A stretch of 64,000 nucleotides of DNA from Haliotis cracherodii (lineage: Eukaryota). How positions within the stretch are numbered: the first letter of the stretch is position 1; every line of letters begins with the position of its first letter. Both the position numbers and the translations under genes were made by a program. This document shows positions 23,895-35,163 of this stretch, piece by piece. The notes under the pieces are model-generated. The model was not told where the DNA came from, did not search any database, and worked only from the letters and a program-made list of their open reading frames with translations. The stretch is taken from assembly GCF_022045235.1 (NCBI RefSeq), contig NW_027266265.1, positions 36,704,001 to 36,768,000 of the forward strand, in the 5' to 3' direction.

Positions 23895-26800
23895 CTGACT
23901 GATATAAAAGATTTAACGTGCGCTTTCCGACTACAGCGTATTTCGCACACGGGCCTGGTCGGACCATTTAGTGTATTCCGAGAAGGGTGAAAGTGGTGTG
24001 TGCAACCCAAGAGGGGGCTTTTAGGGGTTGCTTATATTGATTTTTTGAAATTTTTAAATTTGGAATAAATGCCGAGGTGGGTGGAGGAGGGAACTAAGGG
24101 AGCCGGGTGAGGTGGGTGTTTGTATGTTTATTGGATTTTGAATTGGTAGATTAATTAATTTTTAGATGCGCTTAATTAGGTCTGTTTTGATTAGGAATAC
24201 GCCTAGGGCCTTGAAATTTTCTAGTTTATTTTGAGGGTTTAATTAGTATTTCATCTAGAGTAGGAACTTTATTTAGATTGAGGGCGGTTTGTAGTGTGGT
24301 TCTGTGTGTTTGATAGTGGGTGCAGTGAATGAGTGCGTGTTCTGTGGTTTCGGGTTGTTTGCAGTGGGGGCAGTTGCCTGTGGTGTGTCTTTTAAGTTGT
24401 TTTAGGTGGTTATTTAGGTTGGTGTGTCCTGTTTGGAGTTTTGTAATTAATCTGTCAATTTTTTTAGAGGGGTGTAGGATTTTAGGTTTGGCTAGTGGTT
24501 TTCTGAGCACTTTTTTGATTTGGCTATTTGAGTTTTGATATTGATTATGCCATTTTTTGGTTATTTTTTGTTTGTTTACACTTTTAATTTCTGATTTTGA
24601 GATGGGTAGGTTTAGGCTTATTTCTGGTATTTTGAGAGATAATTTAGCTGCTTTATCGGCGCTTTCATTGCCGTAAATTCCTACGTGGGCGGGGATCCAC
24701 AAGAAGGTTATTTGTTTGCCTGCTTTTGTTAGGTCGTTGGAGCTTTTAAGTATTTGGTTTATTAATTTAGGTCGTTTTTTGGTATTTTTGTTTTGGAGGG
24801 CTTGTAGTCCACTAAGGGAGTCAGTGAGAATTAGGATTTTTTTGTTGTTTTTAGATTGTTGGTTATGCAGGGCTGAGGCCATGCCCATAAGTTCGGCCGT
24901 GAATATAGATTGGTTGTTAGGGAGTCGGTAAGATTGTGTGGATATAACTGGTTGTGTGGTATGGACTCCGAAGCCTGTGTGGTTGGAGATCGGGTCTGAA
25001 GATCCGTCAGTGTATATGTGACACCAATTTGTCCAATTTTCGTGTATGTATGCAAGTGTGGTGGTTTTAGCTATGTTTGGGTCGGTTTGTTTATTTATTT
25101 GGTTAGCTAGCGTTGTGTCTATTTGGGGTATTTTGAGTTTAGGGGTGAAGATATTTGATTTTTTGCAGTTTTGTTTAAGATTTTGAGTTTGGTGTTCATT
25201 GAGGTAGTTAGTTATTCTTTGGGATATTGGGGTGAGTAAGGGGTGTTTGCGAGCTAGAGCTTGGTTTCTTGGGCTAATGTTTTGGTTAATTAGGTTTTGG
25301 ATGAGAGGGTTTGTTTGGGACGCGGCCCAGAAGTTAAGGCTTAGATGTTCCCTGCGTAGATTTAGTGGCATTTCTCCTGTAAGGGCCTGAAGTGAGGTGT
25401 AGGAGGTGCCATGTTGGGTGCGTGTAATTAGTTTGAGAGCCTGATATTGTATTGAGTCAAGTTTTTTAGAAAGAGAGTTGTTTAGGGTATTGTATATGGC
25501 ACAGCCGTAGTCTAGTTTTGATCTAATTAGTGTTGTATATAGTGAGAGGAGGGTATCTTTGGAGGCTCCCCAGTTAGAGCCGGTGAGACATCTTAATGTG
25601 TTAAGGTCTTTGCTGCATCTAGTTTTTAGGTTTTGGACGTGAGCCTCCCAGGTGAGGTGTTGATCGAAAATAAGTCCTAAGAATTTTGTTTGTTTTTGGA
25701 ATTTGATTGTTTGGTTGTTTAGCTGGAGGATTGGGTAGGCAGGTTTCATGTTTTTATGTTTGAATACTACTCCTGTTGTTTTATCTGAGTTAAGGGAGAA
25801 GCCCCATTTGTCTGCCCATTGTTGTATTTTATTTAGAGATTTTTGGATTAAGTTTTCTGCCATTTTAATGCTTTTAGTGCGGATCCATAGGGCTCCGTCA
25901 TCCGCGAATTTTGAAGTGTTTAGTTTAGGGGATAATCCCTCGAATAGATCATTTATCATTATATTGAAGAGGGTTGGGCTGAGGATGCTGCCCTGGGGAG
26001 TGCCATTTTCTAGGGGACACTGGTCCGATAGTGTATGGTCTATACCCACGGTAATTTTGCGATTGTTTAGGAAATCTTGGATGAAGTTTATTATTATTTG
26101 ACCTTTTAGTCCTATTTTTTTTAGTTTTTGTATGAGCCCGTGGTGCCATACCATATCGAAAGCTTTAGAGAAGTCGAGGAATATGCCTATGGTGTATTGC
26201 TTGTTTAGCTGTCCTGTTTTTATATCCTGTTCTAGTCGGGCAAGGTTATCGAGAGTTGATCGGCCAGGAGTGAAGCCGCTTTGGTCAGGATTTATGATGT
26301 TGTTTTGGTCTAGGTAGTGCTGTAGCCTATTTTTAGTCATAAGTTCCATTATTTTGCAGAGATTTGAGGTTAAGGAGATGGGCCTATAGGAGTTTGCCTG
26401 ATCTGCTGGTTTATTTGGTTTAGGTATTGGGATTACTAGAGCTTCCTTCCATGAGGATGGGACCTGTCCGTTTAGGTAGACTAGGTTGTATAGTTTAAGT
26501 AAAGTTTGGAGTAGTTTGGTAGGTAAGTGTTTGATTATTTGGTAAGAGGTGAGGTCTAGGCCAGGGGCTGTTCCTTTTTTTCTATTGTTTAGTACGTGAT
26601 TTAGTTCTTCTATGGTGTAAGGTTGATTTATTTCTAGGTTGTCTTGTCTGTTTTCTTTGGAGAATTTGGTTTCTTTATTTAGTTTATCTTGGAATTTCTT
26701 ACTGAAGTTACTGTTGCTGCTAACTTTAGAGAAGTGTTTGGCTAGGTTGTCGGCCTTTTGGGTGGGGTTAGTTGAGTTGTTTATATTGGGGCTTTTTTTG

Positions 26801-27705
26801 TGCCGTTTGATGCCTCGGATGGCGTGAATTTTGCGCCACACCTTCCTAGCGTCGGTGTGGTGATTTAGCTCCTCACAGAATTGTTTCCAGTTTTTGGTTT
26901 TAGCAGTTTTAACTAGGTTTTGCACTTGGTGGTTAAGTTCATGAGCTGTTTTGAGATGAGAGGGGTCTCGTTTAGCTCTGTTGAAAGCTGATTTGCGTTT
27001 TATTCTAGTTAGCTCTATTTCCTCATTCCACCAAGGGACAGTGGGTTTTCCTGGGTTGGATGATTTGAAGGGGATTGCGGATTTGGCTGCGTTGATTATG
27101 AAGTTAGTTAGGTTTTGACAGAATGTTTCGGGGTCTGTTGTTTCTAAATCGTTTAGATTAGCTTCGTTGCATAATTCTTGGAATTGGTCCCAGTTGGCGT
27201 TTTTGTACTGAAATTTAGGTTCCTGTTTAGGGGTTTGATTTGGTATTTTTATATTTCCTAGGGTTATATTTATGGGAAAGTGGTCGCTGCCTAGAGGTAC
27301 TGGGTGGACGTCCCACATCAGACTTTGTGCTAAGTCTGGCGTACATATTGTTAAGTCGATAGCCGACATGGTGTGGTGGGTTTTGTCGTATCTAGTTGGT
27401 TGGTTATTGTTTAATAGTATTAGGTCATTTTTTTCCATCCACTCTGATATTAGTTGTCCATGGTTGTCTAGTTTATCTGCAATGCCCCAGGTAGGATGAT
27501 GGGCATTGAAGTCTCCTAGGAAGATGGTTGATTTATTTCCTAATTGGTAAAGGACATCTAGGTCTGTATCTTTAATTGGTTTTAGTGTTGAGTGATAGAT
27601 GTTAATGATTTTTATTTTTTGGTTATTGATGGTGACTTGGATTCCATTAGCTTCTAGATTAGGAGTGTTTACTTTAACTTCCTCGTAGTTAATATCCTCT
27701 CTAAC
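23895..27705 (-). mobile_element. 5'-truncated non-LTR retrotransposon (I-group, I/Nimb-like: APE endonuclease - RT - RNase H - CCHC) with 7-bp TSD
   Basis: TSD TTGATTA at 23888-23894 and 27706-27712. 3811+7 bp accounts for the extra length of unit 5. 3' end on the minus strand is ...GCGCACGTTAAATCTTTTATATCAGTCAG. Absent from all other units. Confidence 0.95.
24226..27705 (-). CDS. LINE ORF2 (pol): truncated APE endonuclease, reverse transcriptase, RNase H, C-terminal zinc knuckle
   Basis: The frame is open from the truncation point at 27705, upstream of the track's ATG at 27438. EN motifs: IINIY, FLGDFNAHHPTWG, SAIDLT, SDHFPI. RT motifs: YRPISLTS, DFSKAFD, GTPQGSILSP, FADD. RNase H motifs: IYTDGS, AEL, LTDS, WIPAHVGIYGNESADKAAK. 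Zinc knuckle: CPHC..ETTEHALIHC. Confidence 0.93.
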   Translation of the reverse strand, partial: VREDINYEEVKVNTPNLEANGIQVTINNQKIKIINIYHSTLKPIKDTDLDVLYQLGNKSTIFLGDFNAHHPTWGIADKLDNHGQLISEWMEKNDLILLNNNQPTRYDKTHHTMSAIDLTICTPDLAQSLMWDVHPVPLGSDHFPINITLGNIKIPNQTPKQEPKFQYKNANWDQFQELCNEANLNDLETTDPETFCQNLTNFIINAAKSAIPFKSSNPGKPTVPWWNEEIELTRIKRKSAFNRAKRDPSHLKTAHELNHQVQNLVKTAKTKNWKQFCEELNHHTDARKVWRKIHAIRGIKRHKKSPNINNSTNPTQKADNLAKHFSKVSSNSNFSKKFQDKLNKETKFSKENRQDNLEINQPYTIEELNHVLNNRKKGTAPGLDLTSYQIIKHLPTKLLQTLLKLYNLVYLNGQVPSSWKEALVIPIPKPNKPADQANSYRPISLTSNLCKIMELMTKNRLQHYLDQNNIINPDQSGFTPGRSTLDNLARLEQDIKTGQLNKQYTIGIFLDFSKAFDMVWHHGLIQKLKKIGLKGQIIINFIQDFLNNRKITVGIDHTLSDQCPLENGTPQGSILSPTLFNIMINDLFEGLSPKLNTSKFADDGALWIRTKSIKMAENLIQKSLNKIQQWADKWGFSLNSDKTTGVVFKHKNMKPAYPILQLNNQTIKFQKQTKFLGLIFDQHLTWEAHVQNLKTRCSKDLNTLRCLTGSNWGASKDTLLSLYTTLIRSKLDYGCAIYNTLNNSLSKKLDSIQYQALKLITRTQHGTSYTSLQALTGEMPLNLRREHLSLNFWAASQTNPLIQNLINQNISPRNQALARKHPLLTPISQRITNYLNEHQTQNLKQNCKKSNIFTPKLKIPQIDTTLANQINKQTDPNIAKTTTLAYIHENWTNWCHIYTDGSSDPISNHTGFGVHTTQPVISTQSYRLPNNQSIFTAELMGMASALHNQQSKNNKKILILTDSLSGLQALQNKNTKKRPKLINQILKSSNDLTKAGKQITFLWIPAHVGIYGNESADKAAKLSLKIPEISLNLPISKSEIKSVNKQKITKKWHNQYQNSNSQIKKVLRKPLAKPKILHPSKKIDRLITKLQTGHTNLNNHLKQLKRHTTGNCPHCKQPETTEHALIHCTHYQTHRTTLQTALNLNKVPTLDEILIKPSK

Positions 27706-30313
27706 TTGATTAAATCAGACCGCGAATTTGAAGATTCCGAACTGGATTGGTAGGATTGAAGATTACAATGAACAAACAAAAAGCTAATATATCCCTATTG
27801 TTTGACTACAAAGCAAAAGTGACAATCATTTATCAATACAAAGGAGATTGCATTTGGTAACTGTAGAGAGTGAAATTCAGCGGAATAAATAGTCCAACTT
27901 TAAAGCGTGTCATAAGTCTTTATAACAACAACCAGACTGTAAAAACAAGTCGTTTGATCATGTCTATCTTTGAAAACACCTTTGTGTTATACTTTAAGAG
28001 CATTTTCTTCTGAAAACACACGTCTTTACTTTTAGATGTACGGTTTTTCTGGGCAACCCTTATATAGTTACACATTGTCAAACTGATTTGCGCGTGTTTT
28101 ATTCTTGGTAAGAGTTTTGGTCTAAACACGCCTTAAAAGAACACAATAATCACTATCACTACTGCTTCATCATGTCAAGGGCATACGTAAAGGGTAGAGA
28201 CGATTTATATACTTTCTTCTAATGTTTACGACCTAATACATTTTAGCACAATCTTGCCTTTTACACCCAATGAAATCTGTTTCAGCAGATAATCGAGCTT
28301 GAATATTCTCTGGCGTTGACGATTTATGTAGTTAAAGGGTCATCACTGAATGATTATTATATCAATATTCAGGCGTTATCTATAGAAATTGAGATATCAA
28401 ATTTAGTGATGCTCGTATTATCACAAATTCCTTGATAATGAAGCGTACAATTATCAAGATAATATGTTGAAGATAAGAGAGTTTTCTCAAGAAACGCAGT
28501 TGCAAATAAACGCCACAAAACCCTTTTCAGAATCATTCGAAAGCTGTGCTCGAAGCAGCAGAGGCCATTGTACGATTCCGACTATAATGATCACAAGCAT
28601 GTGCGTATGAATGACTATCAGATAGTGGAGTAGAATAGGTCTTCAGCAACCCATGCTTGCCGTAAAAGGTGGATATATATGCTTGTCGTAAAAGGCGTCT
28701 AACGGGATCGGGTGGTCAGGCTCGCTGACTTGGTTGATGCATGTCATCGATCCCAATTGCGTGGATCGATGCTAATGATTTTAATCACTGGATTGTCTGG
28801 TCCAGACTCGATTATTTACAGACCGCCGTCATATAGCTGGAATATTGTTGAGTGCGGCGTTAAACAACCAACCAACCAACTAACCAACCAGATAGTGATG
28901 ATACCTGGCGGTTGCCAAAAAGTAAGCGTATCCTTCCTCATCGGTTCCACCGTCACAAACACATATAAAGACAAGTCAACAAAGACCACAAAACAAGCTG
29001 TTGTTCATATGTCAATCATGTTTTCAGAAGACATTGGTGTACTTTCGGCTTTTAACAGATACTACACGCATAAAAAGATGTTGTGAGTTTTCATAGTGAC
29101 AGTCCCTTTGTGAGAAGAAACCAATATATGTCCCTTTCAGTTAGGAAATAAAGCTGTTGTAGTTTATAGTTAATGTGCAGTAAGATAAATAAAATTCGGG
29201 GAGAATAATGTAGTATCTGGGGACTTCTGCAGTATATTCAGCAGAGGCTATTTTCTTGTGAGCAGGCTGCTGTATTACACGGAAACGGTTAGCATAGTTG
29301 ACCCCGTGTGGTACAGTGCTACTGCTGTACTGTGGCGAGGCTGTACTGGTGTGTTGCGTCAGTTTTCTGGTCTCTTGTTATGTCGTATCACACAGATGCA
29401 TTATAATGTCTGATGTATGTTGCTCCCACATCATATATTTACTGGATACACACTTTTCAGACCATTATCGAATATTTACTTAATATAGGTTAAAGTGAGT
29501 GAGTGAGTATGGTTTTACGCCGCTTTTAGCAATATTCCAGCAATATTACGGCGGGGGACATCAGCAATGGGCTTCACACATTGTACCCATGTCGGAAATC
29601 GAACCCGTGTCTTCGGCGTAACGAGCGAACGCTTTAACCACTAGGCTACCCGACCGCCCCTAAATAATATAGGTTAAACGTTGAGTATCGAGGACTGTTT
29701 GAAATGCAGTTAGACGATTCCAGAGAGAGTGTCTCTGTTTGCCACCTTTATATACGTTGTCTTGTACTTCCTTAATCGATGTTCATGAATACCAGCTCGC
29801 ATGTGTACCCGTAGGGTGATAACCTCGGGCCCTTTGATGCGAAAAGAATGCTTACTTTACACCATTAAGCTGAGGTGCGTTACTTACCTGGAAGTGGCCA
29901 GCCCAAGGTAAATCAATCACGTATAATTCACAAATGGTATATATAAAGGACGGGGGAAACTGTTCCATCATCTCTTATCTTCACCTTCCGTTGAGACACA
30001 GATACGAGTAAAGACCAAACTGCAAGTACTATTTTAAGCTTTGCTTGTGATATATATGTATACTTTTAATTTTTGATTCATCTGCTGCGCATCTGGCTGC
30101 TTTTAACCTTCATGTTGAGCCAATTTATAAAAGTACGAATATGTAACATAAAACGTTCTTGTAAATTGGGAAATATATGAATGCGGGTGAAATTAAAACT
30201 GATAACATAATTCACAATGAGTGGTGTGAACTGAATTTACCAGATGAGTAACGATAACATGCTATTTTACCTTTCTTGACAATGATTTTCACGTTACTCA
30301 ATAGATACTCAAA

Positions 30314-30921
30314 ATGATGAAGATAGTCGCCGCTCTTGTTGCCTGCCTGGCTGTTACCGCCTTTGCCGAGCCTACCGGTCTGTATGGTGGAATTGGCGGG
30401 TTGAAAGGAGGACTGGGCGGAATTGGCTACGGAATGGGTGGATTGTACGGAGGCCTTGGAGGTCTTGGAGGCTATGGAGGTCTGTACGGAGGCATGGGAG
30501 GTCTATACGGAGGCATGGGAGGTCTATACGGAGGCATGGGAGGTCTATACGGAGGCAAATACGGATACGGCATGGGAGGTCTGTACGGAGGACTTGGAGG
30601 CTATGGTGGTCTCTACGGAATGGGAGGATACGGAATTGGATTGGGAAAAGGTATTTCACAAAATATGATATCGTTTGTTTATCGTATCCGTAAATATACC
30701 TCCAGTCTCGTTTGCAAAATTGTATAATTTACCTATGTGGTATTACTATTTTCCGCGACAAAGCTGATGACATTTACAAAACATCTTTAAAACTATTCTC
30801 TGCTTTCTCTAATATTTGGTATAATTTATCATGCAGCTAGTTTCAAGACTTCGTTGTGACTTATCCATACATCCCAACTTTATTCTACTATTTTTTTGTT
30901 TCAGGAATCGGCTATTATTGA
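30314..30921 (+). CDS. Secreted Gly/Tyr-rich GGLY-repeat protein, copy 6
   Basis: Same structure; T>A at 30906 is synonymous (G|GT>G|GA, Gly) under the spliced model. Confidence 0.88.
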
Positions 30922-33900
30922 GTTATTATCACCTGCAGTGTGATGCTGGCTATTTACGTATTTTCTCAAACCAATGGAATTGGTTCAATAAAATCTTGTC
31001 ATATTTATTTACGCCTTGAAATTTGTTTGAAAATCTTAATCTGAATTGAATGTTCACAATGGAAGAGTGATCTATGTTTCTCCATATTGTAAACTGTGGA
31101 CATAGTACGTGTTGTCGACCAATATCCAAGCACACTTCAATGATATTGCGTTTTACTGCTAGCTGAGATATCAACTACTGAAATGTGCTATTAAGTTCCT
31201 GAGGAAACCGGACATGATGATAAGAGGAGGGATTTTATGCTTGATATATCTCCCACAAAATGTCACTTACCCGAGTTCATGTTTCACGGAATATATGATT
31301 TGGGCTGCCAGAAAAGGGTTTGATAGCCATTTAAGTACCATAATATCTTGAATTGGCTGTCTGTATTTCAATTTGCATTTTAAAAACATGCAGCGAAACA
31401 AATAAGCAGGCGTGTCAATTTTTGTCAAAGCAGTCATTGACGATATCAAGGGGTAGACAGTGTGCACTGTATTGAAATGCAAATGTGTGCGCTGTCCTTG
31501 AAAATGAGCGATAGTTGTATTCAGAATACAATCTACATGTTGTTATGGCTCTTTGTATAAGTAATATCTGAGCTGCTGCAATAAAACAAACCCGAAAGCC
31601 ATAGTGATGTAGAGCATCAAAACAAATGTTGCAAGATTCTTACTGCTTGGTTAGAAGGGAATGCAAACAGTTGGAATTTCCATGACAATAACATATCTTT
31701 ACAGTTTATCAATTACACAAACAAAACGATTGAATTCAAAAGTAACTATTAAATACGCTTGTCCGGGTATAGCTTATCAACCTACAAATTATTTGTAATT
31801 TCCATCAAACATGTACTTCTTGATTTGATGATGCAATTTAACATTTTGCATACTGCTTATGTAATTAATAGGAGAAGTATCTATATAGATATTTAGTTGT
31901 GTGTTTACTAACCACCTTCCCTGTAGGTGCTATTTGAAAAATACATATTGATTAAATCAGACCGCGAATTTGAAGATTCCGAACTGGATTGGTAGGATTG
32001 AAGATTACAATGAACAAACAAATAGCTAATATATCCCTATTGTTTGACTACAAAGCAAAAGTGACAATCATTTATCAATACAAAGGAGATTGCATTTGGT
32101 AACTGTAGAGAGTGAAATTCAGCGGAATAAATAGTCCAACTTTAAAGCGTGTCATAAGTCTTTATAACAACAACCAGACTGTAAAAACAAGTCGTTTGAT
32201 CATGTCTATCTTTGAAAACACCTTTGTGTTATACTTTAAGAGCATTTTCTTCTGAAAACACACGTCTTTACTTTTAGATGTACGGTTTTTCTGGGCAACC
32301 CTTATATAGTTACACATTGTCAAACTGATTTGCGCATGTTTTATTCTTGGTAAGAGTTTTGGTCTAAACACGCCTTAAAAGAACACAATAATCACTATCA
32401 CTACTGCTTCATCATGTCAAGGGCATACGTAAATGGTAGAGACGATTTATATACTTTCTTCTAATGTTTACGACCTAATACATTTTAGCACAATCTTGCC
32501 TTTTACACCCAATGAAATCTGTTTCAGCAGATAATCGAGCTTGAATATTCTCTGGCGTTGACGATTTATGTAGTTAAAGGGTCATCACTGAATGATTATT
32601 ATATCAATATTCAGGCGTTATCTATAGAAATTGAGATATCAAATTTAGTGATGCTCGTATTATCACAAATTCCTTGATAATGAAGCGTACAATTATCAAG
32701 ATAATATGTTGAAGATAAGAGAGTTTTCTCAAGAAACGCAGTTGCAAATAAACGCCACAAAACCCTTTTCAGAATCATTCGAAAGCTGTGCTCGAAGCAG
32801 CAGAGGCCATTGTACGATTCCGACTATAATGATCACAAGCATGTGCGTATGAATGACTATCAGATAGTGGAGTAGAATAGGTCTTCAGCAACCCATGCTT
32901 GCCGTAAAAGGTGGATATATATGCTTGTCGTAAAAGGCGTCTAACGGGATCGGGTGGTCAGGCTCGCTGACTTGGTTGATGCATGTCATCGATCCCAATT
33001 GCGTGGATCGATGCTAATGATTTTAATCACTGGATTGTCTGGTCCAGACTCGATTATTTACAGACCGCCGTCATATAGCTGGAATATTGTTGAGTGCGGC
33101 GTTAAACAACCAACCAACCAACTAACCAACCAGATAGTGATGATACCTGGCGGTTGCCAAAAAGTAAGCGTATCCTTCCTCATCGGTTCCACCGTCACAA
33201 ACACATATAAAGACAAGTCAACAAAGACCACAAAACAAGCTGTTGTTCATATGTCAATCATGTTTTCAGAAGACATTGGTGTACTTTCGGCTTTTAACAG
33301 ATACTACACGCATAAAAAGATGTTGTGAGTTTTCATAGTGACAGTCCCTTTGTGAGAAGAAACCAATATATGTCCCTTTCAGTTAGGAAATAAAGCTGTT
33401 GTAGTTTATAGTTAATGTGCAGTAAGATAAATAAAATTCGGGGAGAATAATGTAGTATCTGGGGACTTCTGCAGTATATTCAGCAGAGGCTATTTTCTTG
33501 TGAGCAGGCTGCTGTATTACACGGAAACGGTTAGCATAGTTGACCCCGTGTGGTACAGTGCTACTGCTGTACTGTGGCGAGGCTGTACTGGTGTGTTGCG
33601 TCAGTTTTCTGGTCTCTTGTTATGTCGTATCACACAGATGCATTATAATGTCTGATGTATGTTGCTCCCACATCATATATTTACTGGATACACACTTTTC
33701 AGACCATTATCGAATATTTACTTAATATAGGTTAAAGTGAGTGAGTGAGTATGGTTTTACGCCGCTTTTAGCAATATTCCAGCAATATTACGGCGGGGGA
33801 CATCAGCAATGGGCTTCACACATTGTACCCATGTCGGAAATCGAACCCGTGTCTTCGGCGTAACGAGCGAACGCTTTAACCACTAGGCTACCCGACCGCC

Positions 33901-34555
33901 CCTAAATAATATAGGTTAAACGTTGAGTATCGAGGACTGTTTGAAATGCAGTTAGACGATTCCAGAGAGAGTGTCTCTGTTTGCCACCTTTATATACGTT
34001 GTCTTGTACTTCCTTAATCGATGTTCATGAATACCAGCTCGCATGTGTACCCGTAGGGTGATAACCTCGGGCCCTTTGATGCGAAAAGAATGCTTACTTT
34101 ACACCATTAAGCTGAGGTGCGTTACTTACCTGGAAGTGGCCAGCCCAAGGTAAATCAATCACGTATAATTCACAAATGGTATATATAAAGGACGGGGGAA
34201 ACTGTTCCATCATCTCTTATCTTCACCTTCCGTTGAGACACAGATACGAGTAAAGACCAAACTGCAAGTACTATTTTAAGCTTTGCTTGTGATATATATG
34301 TATACTTTTAATTTTTGATTCATCTGCTGCGCATCTGGCTGCTTTTAACCTTCATGTTGAGCCAATTTATAAAAGTACGAATATGTAACATAAAACGTTC
34401 TTGTAAATTGGGAAATATATGAATGCGGGTGAAAATAAAACTGATAACATAATTCACAATGAGTGGTGTGAACTGAATTTACCAGATGAGTAACGATAAC
34501 ATGCTATTTTACCTTTCTTGACAACGATTTTCACGTTACTCAATAGATACTCAAA

Positions 34556-35163
34556 ATGATGAAGATAGTCGCCGCTCTTGTTGCCTGCCTGGCTGTTACC
34601 GCCTTTGCCGAGCCTACCGGTCTGTATGGTGGAATTGGCGGGTTGAAAGGAGGACTGGGCGGAATTGGCTACGGAATGGGTGGATTGTACGGAGGCCTTG
34701 GAGGTCTTGGAGGCTATGGAGGTCTGTACGGAGGCATGGGAGGTCTATACGGAGGCATGGGAGGTCTATACGGAGGCATGGGAGGTCTATACGGAGGCAA
34801 ATACGGATACGGCATGGGAGGTCTGTACGGAGGACTTGGAGGCTATGGTGGTCTCTACGGAATGGGAGGATACGGAATTGGATTGGGAAAAGGTATTTCA
34901 CAAAATATGATATCGTTTGTTTATCGTATCCGTAAATATACCTCCAGTCTCGTTTGCAAAATTGTATAATTTACCTATGTGGTATTACTATTTTCCGCGA
35001 CAAAGCTGATGACATTTACAAAACATCTTTAAAACTATTCTCTGCTTTCTCTAATATTTGGTATAATTTATCATGCAGCTAGTTTCAAGACTTCGTTGTG
35101 ACTTATCCATACATCCCAACTTTATTCTACTATTTTTTTGTTTCAGGAATCGGCTATTATTGA
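34556..35163 (+). CDS. Secreted Gly/Tyr-rich GGLY-repeat protein, copy 7
   Basis: Same structure; shares the synonymous GGA junction codon (35148) with copy 6. Confidence 0.88.

Noticed and set aside
24329-27499. Short plus-strand and alternative-frame ORFs within the LINE
   Set aside because: Shadows of the strongly strand-biased ORF2.
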